A stretch of 64,000 bases of DNA, from positions 133,114,001-133,178,000 of the forward strand of contig OZ024745.1 of assembly GCA_964016885.1 (NCBI GenBank). Reading direction: 5' to 3'. Numbering within the stretch: the stretch's first letter is position 1; the number at the start of each line of letters is the position of its first letter. This DNA is from Eledone cirrhosa. Lineage: Eukaryota. A program made the position numbers and the translations under genes. This document shows, piece after piece, positions 1 through 14,349 of the stretch. The notes below the pieces were generated by a model that worked only from the letters and a program-made list of their open reading frames with translations, made no database searches and was not told the origin of the DNA.

Positions 1-660
1 TTAAACACGATGTTTCATACGACACGGAGTTCATGAATGTGAACATGTTTTATGTATGAGTGCACTTATGTGAGATAAATAAAAGACGATAGGATGGGTC
101 GTGATTCAGAAAGAAATAGAGATAGATAATAATTTAATATATTATTATTGTTTGCAGGATTCCGGAAACGCTTATCTGAGTCAGATGCACATCTATCAGC
201 TACAGGAACTGAATTAAGTATTTAAGAATCAATATCGGATAAAACGAGTTGAAGAATGATATTTATTCAAGCTATGTTCTACGAACAGACTAATGAAACT
301 GTAGTTGTGACAACAATAGACATTCGTTTTTGAATAGAATATTACTATAATGGTCAAGAATGATTGAATACGTCATACACATTTCTTCACATCACATTAA
401 CTATCATCATATTTTTCTCATTTCATCTCTTTACAAGAGATAATATATTTTACCTATCTCTAGATTAAGAATAGTTCATTGGAATACGCTTCATTATCAT
501 AATTAATCTACTAATGAAATTATTGAATTGGGTGACAAGAAATATTTAAGTATGCAATAGATTGTATGATTGAAACATAAAATAACATATATACCTTTTA
601 AAGTATAATGATTTACCACTGTAGGTGTATGGTGTTGAGTACCAAATGGCGTGCACCTAT

Positions 661-1158
<498 letters not shown>

Positions 1159-1229
1159 ACTTCTACCAAACTCGTCACATGGACTGAGTGCTCTACCACT
1201 ACGGATATTACCTTCCAGTGTTCTACCTC

Positions 1230-1378
<149 letters not shown>

Positions 1379-1497
1379 CCAGGAATCAGTGATGCATCAA
1401 ACACAATTTATTAACATATGTAATATGTTAATACATTATGTTAAACGCATACCAGCTATGGGCGTATTTATTGCAACCATACAACAACTATATATAT

Positions 1498-1529
<32 letters not shown>

Positions 1530-1809
1530 GCATATACATATATATTTATATGTGTATCTGAGTGTGTGTGTATGTGTGTGCTGGAGCGGCAGTGTATGCG
1601 AATGTAATTATATAAGTGTGTCTATGGGTTTCTGTCAGGTTTGTATAATTCAATTATTTTTCAACAAGAAACAGTCTCAAATACGTGTACGGGTCATAAC
1701 ACTTTCCTTATTAACATTAACGTACACAGAATTATTAAATATGCGATACAAATATATTTAAACTTTAATAAACACATATTAACTGATATCTAAATACATA
1801 GATATCGAA

Positions 1810-2075
1810 TGTTCTCAGATATATTTCCAAGTATATTCTGGCCAATAATATAAATCCATTCAAATCAATTTAGAAATCAGTCCTCTTGATTTCTATGTTA
1901 CAGAGACCGAAATTTCATATAGATTCTTAACATACTCCCGTTACAGAGTAACGATACGGTGACACCTGTTAACGTCAATGATGAAACGCCCGCCATGTTC
2001 ACTATGTATTCGCTCCATAGTGTATTTCAGATACTTGAAGAACATCAACCTGACAACACTTCCAGCAATACATGA
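1810..2075 (+). pseudogene. Possible decayed cadherin-repeat coding fragment
   Basis: Manual translation across frameshifts and stops gives IYFQVYSGQ*, PLDFYVTETEISYRF and LPLQSNDTVTPVNVNDETPAMF..VFQILEEHQP. The order matches cadherin EC motifs (F.I..SG.I / LDYE / PPLS..V...DVNDN.P.F / I.E..P). Confidence 0.4.
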
Positions 2076-2559
2076 AAATGCAATTTTGAATCACTGACTT
2101 TGTTCGTTTCATATTTAAAAGAAAAGGATACTACAGTTTCCTGTTGCAGTCTCAGAGTTATTTTAAGAGGAGCCGATGTCCAGTCTAATGTAAAGTGCTT
2201 GTTATTTCTAAATTTATGTATCTATTTATCAAAATACTTTCCATCTAATCTATAAGGAAAATATCCATTTCATTGGCAGCTATTCCATTCACAATATATT
2301 TAGATTTACAATATATCTGGGATGTAATGAATAATTGTAAAGTTCAGTAATAAAAAGAAAACAATAATACTGTTCAATAATATAGTTCCTAATGGAAATA
2401 AGAGCTTTTCAGAAGTTTATATTACACTTTTAAAACTCTAAGAATCATTATATCACGTCAGTATTAATATATAATAAACTGGAATATTGTAACCGAAAGA
2501 GGTTAAAATACCTGAAACACACCATAAGTTCAGTAATTAAATATATGATTATTATTGGT

Positions 2560-2700
2560 CTGAGATTTTCCTATAATACATTCGGATAAGAGTGCAGTGC
2601 GCCATAATGAATATATTGAAACCATTTCCTATGTGCCCGAAATCTAATCTCCAGTTTTGTATGTCCACTGCCGTATACTATTAATTAGAAATATAACAAG
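2560..2700 (-). mobile_element. Possible Penelope-like GIY-YIG remnant
   Basis: Minus strand reads YGSGHTKLEIRFRAHRKWF, resembling YIG.T....R...H; heavily decayed. Confidence 0.3.
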
Positions 2701-5094
2701 TTTCTGTCGACACTCAAATGTAGAATGTGACGAAAGACGATGCTTCAGTTACCAGAATGCTTTAACTCTTTAATGACATCATAAGAAAAGTTTTAATTAC
2801 GAAATTAATACAAGTTAAGTATAGAAATTGAATGAAAATAACGTTCGAAATAAATATCTCTCTAGCTGTGAAAGATTTTCAAAATGTATTAATTCTCATT
2901 TACAGCGGTTGGAAATTGTTTTTAGTTCAATGTGATCTTTATATAGGAAGTCTTCTACCATATATATATATATAAAGAAAATGAAAGTAAACAAATATTT
3001 GCGCGTATTCTGTGACGCAATGGTTTTGGCTAAAGCCATTTATTAGTCAATTATATAAATATATAATTGAATATCTCTATATTCTTTTGAACAATAAACA
3101 TATTAAATAAAGATAAGTTAAAACACTCGAATGCCATTTTGATTTGTATTTTGATTTTTACTGAACATATTTTTTGTCTCAATTATATATCATATTACCT
3201 TCATTGAAGTAAGTTAAAGTTTGCTATTGTTATATAATAATTACTATTGTTTATTGTTGCATTTGTTACTATCGCTGCACTTAAAGTTGCTATTTTTATT
3301 ACTAGTGTTTTCGTTTGTATTAGTGTCTTTCCTGATTCTGTAATGTATATTTCCACTAAATATCAGGTGCCATTAGTCTTCTTGTTCTTTATACTTATTC
3401 GGTACAAACGATCTATTATATTAAGTTATTCAGACATATATACTTATCTAATTAGATAGAATATAAATATATTATTTGATTGATTTATAATTAATATTCT
3501 TAATAATGTCATCTCAGTTCCTTTTTCTATGTTTCTATTTATTCCCGTAAACCGTAAACATGAGTGAAATAGGAGCAAGGTAGACAATGAAAAGAATATA
3601 AAGATCGTAGCCCTGACAACGAATAATACCAACCAGGTTAGGCCAGCATGCCACACATAATGATAAGGAAATTAATTAAACACAAAGAGAATAAAACTTT
3701 GTATCAATATATGCGGATCTTGAAAGTATGGATGATAATTAGAGTACTAAATCGGCCTTATATGAACACCACAGCTGCGTATATAAATATCTAAATCAGA
3801 GAACCTTTGGTTTAAGGTTTATATTGTAGCTTAGGTCCAGTACGGCCCTGACGGAACATGGTGATCATGACTGGCGGAAGAACAGTGTCTATCACATCTT
3901 TGTGTATATCTGGACTTTTTCAACTAATGTTGTATGAAGATAATAGGGTTTAATTTGATTGATATCTGGTTCCTTATTCCAGGAGGTTGAGTGACCTCAT
4001 AGATACGTAGATGATCTTTCTTGTAATCCAAAGCTAGTGTAACTGCACCAACATTTCTCTACATTTATTCAAATAACACATTTTGTAAGCGGGAATATGA
4101 CGTTGTGTTACTATTAAACAGATGTGACTTTGTTAACGGCGAGAATAAGTGGTCGATGTAAAAATTGAGCAAAGGTTAAACAGCAAATCAACGTCTTGAA
4201 TTGTATCATTTATATACACAAACCATGTTTATGTTTCTATAACTCTCTATCAATTATAATATAACTCGAATGTGACAGGTGATATTTGTATATAACGTTG
4301 GTAGGAAATGTAACTCACGTTTATATGAATAGAAAACAATCACAAAAAAGACAAAATGACAAACTAAAGATTCAAATAAATAGAAGGAAGAAATAGACGT
4401 AACTGAAATTAGGAAACTAAAGGACAAAAACGAAGGAAGATTACATTTTTTTTAAATACTTTCCATGACTTCTTAATTTTACATATACATGTTTTATTTA
4501 AGAAGCGCTTTAATATATGTTTAATTTAATTAACAACAAATGATTTTCTGACGTTATATACGTTCTAATTAGATCTGATATTAAACCAATCTCCGTACGA
4601 GTACAAATCTGTATACTTTGTAAAATAACTTGATAGATATAATAACACCTGGAGGTTTTATTCTTGATGTTCTATTCATTTTGATATAGAGGCACATGTA
4701 ATCTAGTAACACTGAGTATCGTCTGTTAGTGTTTACATTAATAATATTAACTGCTTAAAAATAGAGAGAACATGGATTTATTTTGCATTTTCAATGATAA
4801 CGATCGGCTCAATATCCTCTCCATTGTTCCCGTACTGGAAGACGAGGACACGATTATTCTTTAGACGTATAGCAGACCTTATGATAAGAAGGTACACCAA
4901 TTGTCATGAAGATAGATTGTAAATTCTATTGCGGAAATGCTACAACAGAAAGTATTTTATACAACCACACTTGACTAATGAAAATTGGATATATTGTATC
5001 TACATATGTCAGATTTGTGGAATTTTTTCTAGCACTTGTGATTAAATGTTTGCTCTTTGGTTGCACTTAGGTGCTACTTTAACATGTAACCCAG

Positions 5095-5486
5095 TACAAC
5101 ATATTCCATGGTCGGGCCGTTGGTGATTAAACCGGCAACCCCACAAGGTTTGCTTAGTGAAAGGTCGGATTTCGAACACCAGTAGGATGAAAAACAAAAC
5201 CTGACAAAGGGTGGAAGGAACTCATGCGAGCCAACGGCCATCCAAAGGTGTATATATCGTTTTTGTCTGTAAATATGTATATGTTAATTGAAGAGTGTGT
5301 AGAGTTGTGGTAGATTGCACTGGTTGGCATTGGAGGGTCTTTTGTGGCGTACCATGTGCCCCAGTGTCAGTTCAACATGCCACTTAGTGAACTGATGACG
5401 CGGGCTATATGCACTCTCAAAGTGAGCCCCTAGAAGACCGACCGGTGTGGCGAAAAGCCACATCCTACACGAGCTGCCTCTCATAT
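5095..5486 (+). mobile_element. RTE-related 5'-UTR-like segment immediately upstream of the 52-bp array
   Basis: AAACAAAACCTGACAAAGGG..CCAACGGCCATCCAAA matches ~13860-13915 (AAACAAAACCCGTCAAAGGG..TCAATGGCCATCCAAA), part of an element ending in an RTE-type 3' tail. Confidence 0.6.
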
Positions 5487-8400
5487 GGCAATCATAGTAT
5501 ATTCTAGCAGAACAAGTCGGATCAAGAATCTCTGATAAAGCAATCACAGTATATTCTAGCAGAACAGGTCGGATCTAGAGTCTCTGATAAGGCAATCACA
5601 GTATAATTAGCAGAACAGGTCGGATCTAGAGTCTCTGATAAGGCAATCACAGTATTTTCTAGCAGAACAGGTCGGATCTAGAATCTCTGATAAGGCAATC
5701 ACAGTATATTCTAGCAGAACAGGTCGGATCTAGAGTCTCTGATAAGGCAATCACAGTATTTTCTAGCAGAACAGGTCGGATCTAGAGTCTCTGATAAGGC
5801 AATCACAGTATTTTCTAGAAGAGCAGATCGGATCTAGAGTCTCTGATAAGGCAATCACAGTATAATTAGCAGAACAGGTCGGATCTAGAGTCTCTGATAA
5901 GGCAATCACAGTATAATTAGCAGGACAGGTTGGATCTAGTGTCTCTGATAAGTCAACCACAGTATAATTAGCAGAACAGGTCAGATCTAGAGTCTCTGAT
6001 AAGGCAATCACAGTATATTATAGCAGAACAGGTCAGATCTAGAGTCTCTGATAAAGTAATCACAGTATAATTAGCAGAACAGGTTGGATCTAGAGTCTCT
6101 CATAAGTCAACCACAGTATAATTAGCAGAACAGGTCAGATCTAGAGTCTATGATAAGGCAATCACAGTATATTATAGCAGAACAGGTCAGATCTAGAGTC
6201 TCTGATAAGGCAATCACAGTATATTCTAGCAGAACAGGTCGGATCTAGAGTCTCTGATAAAGTAATCACAGTATATTATAGCAGAACAGGTCGGATCTAG
6301 AGTCTCTGATAAGGCAATCACAGTATATTCTAGCAGAACAGGTCGGATCTAGAGTCTATGATAAGGCAATCACAGTATATTATAGCAGAACAGGTCAGAT
6401 CTAGAGTCTCTGATAAGGCAAACACAGTATAATTAGCAGAACAGGTTGGATCTAGTGTCTCTGATAAGTCAACCACAGTATATTCTAGCAGAGCAGGTCG
6501 GATCTAGAGTCTCTGATAAGGCAATCACAGTATATTATAGAAGAGCAGGTCGGATCTAGAGTCTCTGATAAGGCAATCACAGTATATTATAGAAGAGCAG
6601 GTCGGATCTAGAGTCTCTGATAAGGCAATCACAGTATATTATAGCAGAACAGGTCGGATCTAGAGTCTCTGATAAGGCAATCACAGTATATTCTAGCAGA
6701 ACAGGTCAGATCTAGAGTCTCTGATAAGGCAATCACAGTATATTCTAGCAGAACAGGTCAGATGTAGAGTCTCTGATAAGGCAATCACAGTATTTTACAG
6801 CAGAACAGGTCGGATCTAGAGTCTCTGATAAAGTAATCACAGTATATTCTAGCGGAACAGGTAGGATCTAGAGTCTCTGATGAGGAATCACAGTATAATT
6901 AGCAGAACAGGTCGGATCTAGAGTCTCTGATAAGGCAATCACACTATATTATAGAAGAACAGGTCGGATCTAGAGTCTCTGATAAGGCAATCACAGTATA
7001 TTCTAGCAGAACAGGTCGGATCTAGAGTCTCTGATAAGGCAATCACAGTATATTCTAGCAGAACAGGTAGGATCTAGAGTCTCTGATAAGCAATCACAGT
7101 ATATTCTAGCAGAACAGTTCGGATCTAGAGTCTCTGATAAGGCAATCACAGTATATTCTAGCAGAACAGGTCGGATCTAGAGTCTCTGATAAGGCAATCA
7201 CAGTATTTTCTAGCAGAACAGGTCGGATCTAGAGTCTCTGATAAGGCAATCACAGTATAATTAGCAGAACAGGTCGGATCTAGAGTCTCTGATAAGGCAA
7301 TCACAGTATAATTAGCAGGACAGGTTGGATCTAGTGTCTCTGATAAGTCAACCACAGTATAATTAGCAGAACAGGTCAGATCTAGAGTCTCTGATAAGGC
7401 AATCACAGTATATTATAGCAGAACAGGTCAGATGTAGAGTCTCTGATAAAGTAATCACAGTATAATTAGCAGAACAGGTTGGATCTAGAGTCTCTCATAA
7501 GTCAACTACAGTATAATTAGCAGAACAGGTCAGATCTAGAGTCTATGATAAGGCAATCACAGTATATTATAGCAGAACAGGTCAGATCTAGAGTCTCTGA
7601 TAAGGCAATCACAGTATATTCTAGCAGAACAGGTCGGATCTAGAGTCTCTGATAAAGTAATCACAGTATATTATAGCAGAACAGGTCGGATCTAGAGTCT
7701 CTGATAAGGCAATCACAGTATATTCTAGCAGAACAGGTCGGATCTAGAGTCTATGATAAGGCAATCACAGTATATTATAGCAGAACAGGTCAGATCTAGA
7801 GTCTCTGATAAGGCAAACACAGTATAATTAGCAGAACAGGTTGGATCTAGTGTCTCTGATAAGTCAACCACAGTATATTCTAGCAGAGCAGGTCGGATCT
7901 AGAGTCTCTGATAAGGCAATCACAGTATATTATAGAAGAGCAGGTCGGATCTAGAGTCTCTGATAAGGCAATCACAGTATATTATAGAAGAGCAGGTCGG
8001 ATCTAGAGTCTCTGATAAGGCAATCACAGTATATTATAGCAGAACAGGTCGGATCTAGAGTCTCTGATAAGGCAATCACAGTATATTCTAGCAGAACAGG
8101 TCAGATCTAGAGTCTCTGATAAGGCAATCACAGTATATTCTAGCAGAACAGGTCAGATGTAGAGTCTCTGATAAGGCAATCACAGTATTTTACAGCAGAA
8201 CAGGTCGGATCTAGAGTCTCTGATAAAGTAATCACAGTATATTCTAGCGGAACAGGTAGGATCTAGAGTCTCTGATAAGGCAATCACAGTATATTCTAGC
8301 AGAACAGGTCGGATCTAGAGTCTCTGATGAGGAATCACAGTATATTCTAGCAGAACAGGTCGGATCTAGAGTCTCTGATAAGGCAATCACACTATATTAT

Positions 8401-10968
8401 AGAAGAACAGGTCGGATCTAGAGTCTCTGATAAGGCAATCACAGTATATTCTAGCAGAACAGGTCGGATCTAGAGTCTCTGATAAGGCAATCACAGTATA
8501 TTCTAGCAGAACAGGTAGGATCTAGAGTCTCTGATAAGCAATCACAGTATATTCTAGCAGAACAGTTCGGATCTAGAGTCTCTGATAAGGCAATCACAGT
8601 ATATTCTAGCAGAACAGGTCGGATCTAGAGTCTCTGATAAGGTAATCACAGTATATTCTAGTAGAACAGGTCGTATCTAGAGTCTCTGATAAGGCAATGG
8701 CTCTGATAAGGCAATTACAGTATATTCTAGCAGAACAGGTCGGATCTAGAGTCTCTGATAAGGCAATCACAGTATATTCTAGCAGAACAGGTCGTATCTA
8801 GAGTCTCTGATAAGCAATCACAGTATATTCTAGCAGAACAGGTCGGATCTAAAGTAGGTTATGGCAATCATAGTACATTCTAGCAGAACAGCTTGGATCT
8901 GGTGTCTCTGATAAGGCAATCACAGTATATTCTAGCAGAACAGGTCGGATCTAGAGTCTCTGATAAGGTAATCACAGTATAATTAGCAGAACAGGTCGGA
9001 TCTAGAGTCTCTGTTAAAGCAATCACAGTATATTCTAGCAGAACAGGTCGGATCTAGAGTCTCTGATAAGGTAATCACAGTATAATTAGCAGAACAGGTC
9101 GGATCTAGAGTCTCTGATAAAGCAATCACAGTATATTCTAGCAGAACAGGTCGGATCTAAAGTCTCTGATAAGGTAATCACAGTATATTATAGCAGAACA
9201 GGTCGGATCTAGAGTCTCTGATGAGGAATCACAGTATATTCTAGCAGAACAGGTCGGATCTAGAGTCTCTGATAAGGTAATCACAGTATATTATAGCAGA
9301 ACAGGTCGGATCTATAGTCTCTGATAAGGCAATCACAGTATATTCTAGCAGAACAGGTCGGATCTAGAGTCTCTGATAAGGTAATCACAGTATATTCTAG
9401 CAGAACAGGTCGGATCTAGAGTCTCTGATAAGGCAATCACAGTATATTATAGAAGAACAGGTGGGATCTAGAGTCTCGGATAAGGCAAACACAGTATAAT
9501 TAGCAGAACAGGTCGGATCTAGAGTCTCTGATAAGGCAATCACAGTATATTCTAGCAGAACAGGTCAGATGTAGAGTCTCTGATAACGCATTCACAGTAT
9601 ATTATAGCAGAACAGGTCAGATGTAGAGTCTCTGATAAGGCAATCACAGTATATTATAGCAGAACAGGTCAGATGTAGAGTCTCTGATAACGCATTCACA
9701 GTATATTATAGCAGAACAGGTCAGATGTAGAGTCTCTGATAACGCAATCACAGTATATTCTAGCAGAACAGGTCGGATCTAGAGTCTCTGATAAGGTAAT
9801 CACAGTATAATTAGCAGAACAGGTCGGATCTAGAGTCTCTGATAAGGCAATCACAGTATATTCTAGCAGAACAGGTCGGATCTAGAGTCTCTGATAAGGT
9901 AATCACAGTATATTATAGCAGAACAGGTCGGATCTAGAGTCTCTGATGAGGAATCACGGTATATTCTAGCAGAACAGGTGGGATCTAGAGTCTCTAAGGT
10001 AATCACAGTATATTATAGCAGAACAGGTCGTATCTATAGTCTCTGATAAGGCAATCACAGTATATTCTAGCAGAACAGGTCGGATCTAGAGTCTCTGATG
10101 AGGAATCACAGTATATTCTAGCAGAACAGGTCGGATCTAGAGTCTCTGATAAGGTAATCACAGTATATTATAGCAGAACAGGTCGGATCTAGAGTCTCTG
10201 ATAATGCAATCACAGTATATTCTAGCAGAACAGGTCAGATGTAGAGTCTCTAATAAGGTAATCACAGTATATTCTAGCAGAACAGGTCGGATCTAGAGTC
10301 TCTGATAAGGCAATCACAGTATATTATAGAAGAACAGGTCGGATCTAGAGTCTCTGATAAGGCAAACACAGTATAATTAGCAGAACAGGTCGGATCTAGA
10401 GTCTCTGATAAGTCAATCACAGTATAATCTAGCAGAACAGGTCAGATGTAGAGTCTCTGATAACGCATTCACAGTATATTATAGCAGAACAGGTCAGATG
10501 TAGAGTCTCTGATAACGCAATCACAGTATATTATAGCAGAACAGGTCAGATGTAGAGTCTCTGATAACGCATTCACAGTATATTATAGCAGAACAGGTCA
10601 GATGTAGAGTCTCTGATAACGCATTCACAGTATATTATAGCAGAACAGGTCAGATGTAGAGTCTCTGATAAGGTAATCACAGTATATTCTAGCAGAACAG
10701 GTCAGATGTAGAGTCTCTGATAAGGCAATCACAGTATATTATAGCAGAACAGGTCGTATCTAGAGTCTCTGATAAGCAATCACAGTATATTCTAGCAGAA
10801 CAGGTCGGATCTAAAGTAGGTTATGGCAATCACAGTATATCTAGCAGAACAAGTCGGATCTAGAATCTCTGATAAGGCAATCACATTATATTATAGCAGA
10901 TCAGGTCGGATCTAATGTCTCTGATACGGCTATCATAGTATATTCTAGCAGGAAATGTCTGATCTAGA
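5487..10968. repeat. Tandem array, 52-bp unit (51-bp variants), ~105 copies
   Basis: Consensus GCAATCACAGTATATTCTAGCAGAACAGGTCGGATCTAGAGTCTCTGATAAG repeated head-to-tail with no unique spacers; 17-aa periodic ORFs arise from runs of 51-bp units. Confidence 0.98.
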
Positions 10969-11277
10969 AGAGTAAGCCCCGATAAAAATCCTGCTTGTCT
11001 TATAGTAAGCAGGCGACGATCATCAGTGTAATTAAACGACCTCAGCATCCTGACATCAGCGACTTCACAGATTATCGACTATTAATTTGATAATGGATTA
11101 GCCCAACTGATCCAGATAGCAGAGAAATCCATGAGTTTACATGTGTGGCGGTCGGCACATATACTAACCTTTAGAAAAAGCAGAATGAGTTATTCCCCTT
11201 TGTAGCAGGGATGACTCATGAAGAAGAAAATAAATAGATTACAGAGGCTTTGGCTTTCAACCGTTGGTAACAATAGA

Positions 11278-11312
11278 ATTATTATTACTATTATTATTAT
11301 TATTATTATTAT

Positions 11313-11355
<43 letters not shown>

Positions 11356-11365
11356 TGTTGTTTGT
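11278..11365. repeat. (ATT)n-(AGT)n-(GTT)n compound trinucleotide repeat
   Basis: Seen directly. Confidence 0.95.
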
Positions 11366-11914
11366 TATTTATTCATATGATTACAAAGCCATGTATTGTG
11401 AGATTAAATATGAAACTACATATCTCCAGATTTCTATTCTAGTTTCAAATCATTTCAGTTAGCCTCGTTTAATATTTCTCTTGGAAAATGTCACGCACGT
11501 GGTAATTTTCAATTTTTCTTTTCCCACAACAATGATACTGTGTATCTATACCATATGATTACATTATCAAATGCAGAAAACTACACATTGCTCTATATTA
11601 AAAAATATAGAGAAGCACATGCACATAATAAAATTCGAGCAGAAGGAAAATTGAGAAAAAATATAGATGGATAAAAGATATAATAGAAAGGACATCGCAT
11701 TTGTTTTCCTTATCTTATTTTTTAATAACATTTTCCCACATTTTCTGGTGGAAAATTCAATAGTTATCGTTGGAGTATTCAACAAGACTTTCTAATGTGC
11801 AATTTGAGAAACGCTTTTCTTTCATTTTCAGCGTTACTACCAATAATTGTCTTTATCTGTCACTAATATTCGTTTAGATTTGTTTGATAAAGGGAATATG
11901 GATTCCAGCAGGTG

Positions 11915-12285
<371 letters not shown>

Positions 12286-13349
12286 AATACACTTTCAATG
12301 TATTGCATTGCACATGCAATAGCTTTCCACAGGAAACAAAAACATAAATTGAAAATGTACGGTTCATTATTAATAGTATAGTATAGTTGCAAGAAGCCTT
12401 CATTTGGAATATTGCGAACGTATGTTCAATCGTCTTGGCATCAGCTACTTTTTGTTACAGTGTTTGTTTTTTGTGTGTTTCAATTATATTTCAGAAAAAT
12501 ATTTTTTTCTTCTAAATCAGAATTGTGGATATTGATTTGTGTTGGTTTTGAACATTTCTGTGAGGCTTGTCAACATATCAGTTTTACCCATTAATCTTAT
12601 AAGGAAGTCTTGCCAATGCAATGTTTTATCAAATTATTTATTTCTTGATATTACCGTTTGATAGTTCTATCCAGAAATCAAATTATAAAGCAAACTTATT
12701 TTTGTAATTTTATTTCATCTATACTATAATATTGCTAAATTACTTTCAATAATAGTGGCATTCTTTGGGAAAAAATCATGCCGGATTTTATTTTTTCAGG
12801 TAAATGGAACATTTATGGGAAATGTTACTTTAGAAGTATATATAGCCATGGAGAAAAGTATTAGTACTTACACAATATAAACACGTTGCTAAAGTAAATA
12901 CTTTTATACTGTTACAAAAATCAAATTTTAAAATGAATGATTATTTATTTGATGCGGATCATTTTGTTAGGTATTGCTGATGCGATTAGTTTTACTTAGC
13001 ACAACTGTGTATTACAAAACTGTGTTATGTACATATATAAACCACTCAGCATTTAGCAAATGCGATAAATTTCTATTATTGATTTCACAAAATGTAACAG
13101 AAAACTCACCTCTACGATACATCCCTATTTGTATTATTTTATAGGAAACAATAGTGAATGTGATCTGAAAAATAGCGAAATTACGTATTGCCATAAATCA
13201 AATGTAGATGTACATGAAAGTAAACTCTGTGTATGTCGTAAGCTGTGGAAGAAGATATATACTTATACAAAACGTGAATATCTGTCAAATTAATAAGGGA
13301 ACATATACTTTTTATAATGATACAATGATGTACTTTTCCTGTAAACAAA

Positions 13350-13659
13350 GCACTGTTTTTGGTGCCAGGTATTAATTTGTTTTTTGATATCACCTTTACT
13401 AAATAGAAACTCATCCCCAATATACAACCAGTGCTTCATAAATGATTTATGGCCTTTCAAAACGATACGGAGAAGTTTGCCCATTGGTGAAAAGCTTTGA
13501 AAAGTTAAAGTTCATATATTCCAACGGAAAGCCTAATTAATCTATACATACATGGATATGTATTTTAGAATAATTCTAAAACAATATACAAACATTACTA
13601 TTTTAACTATAAAAATATATTTGCTAGTATAACCGCATACGGGAGAAGCATAAGACTAG
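13350..13659 (+). mobile_element. Probable decayed Helitron 3' end
   Basis: Degenerate translations (TVLVPGINL..ITFTK; PVLHK.FMAF) resemble Pif1-helicase C-terminal motifs VLIPRI.L / PVFSHGQLYVAFSR; a short hairpin CCG-CATA-CGG precedes CTAG|T at 13656-13660. Confidence 0.35.
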
Positions 13660-13837
13660 TGACACATAGTTCCGTGTAAACAATGCAGTGAGAGAGAATT
13701 AACAGGGCAAGAAAAACAGTGTTAGAGAGATGATCCTCTTAATAAGAGAAACATACAAGAAAGGAACACAAAGATACAAGATAAACTCTTCAACACGATA
13801 TAGGACACGATATGTATGTTTGTATGTATATATGTAA

Positions 13838-14348
13838 CTTTGGACATCCTGCAGGACTAAAAACAAAACCCGTCAAAGGGCAAAGGAGCTCTTAAGAGTC
13901 AATGGCCATCCAAAATCACCGGGAGAGATGACCCCTTAGCCTTTGTTAAGGCAGAATTCTAGAAGAAGGAAAACTCTGATATAACACCTGCAACCCTGAT
14001 GGTATTCAATCATGTTGACTTCTTCTTTTTGGTAAATATCATCTTGGTTAAGAGAGTGGGACTGGCTTTGTGCAGTGCCTTTGCTCACTATAAAAGCTTC
14101 ACGGCACAGGCATTGCTTTATATCTGGAGATCTCTCTGCACTTGTCGTCACATGGTACCATGGGCCCAGCACTATGTGTCAATAATTGTCACAAGTGTAG
14201 TGTTTGTACCGAGTTTTCAAGTCGCTGGCTGGACTAAAAAGTCACACTCGTTCAGTGCATCGGTAGGGGTTCTCCTACATGGATATAAAGTAGTGGTCGT
14301 AATCGAAAACGAGTTGGCAGCCACCATGCATACATGTATGTATGTATG
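13838..14348 (+). mobile_element. Non-autonomous RTE-related element (5'-UTR-like part joined to RTE 3' tail)
   Basis: Contains GAAGGAAAACTCTGATATAA and ends ..GGCAGCCACCATG..(TATG)n, the same terminus as the RTE LINE at ~16800; flanked by (TGTA)-like repeats. Confidence 0.6.
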
Positions 14349-14349
14349 T

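Noticed and set aside
5487-10968. CRISPR-like appearance of the regular array
   Set aside because: No unique spacers and no cas genes; eukaryotic context; pure head-to-tail repeat.
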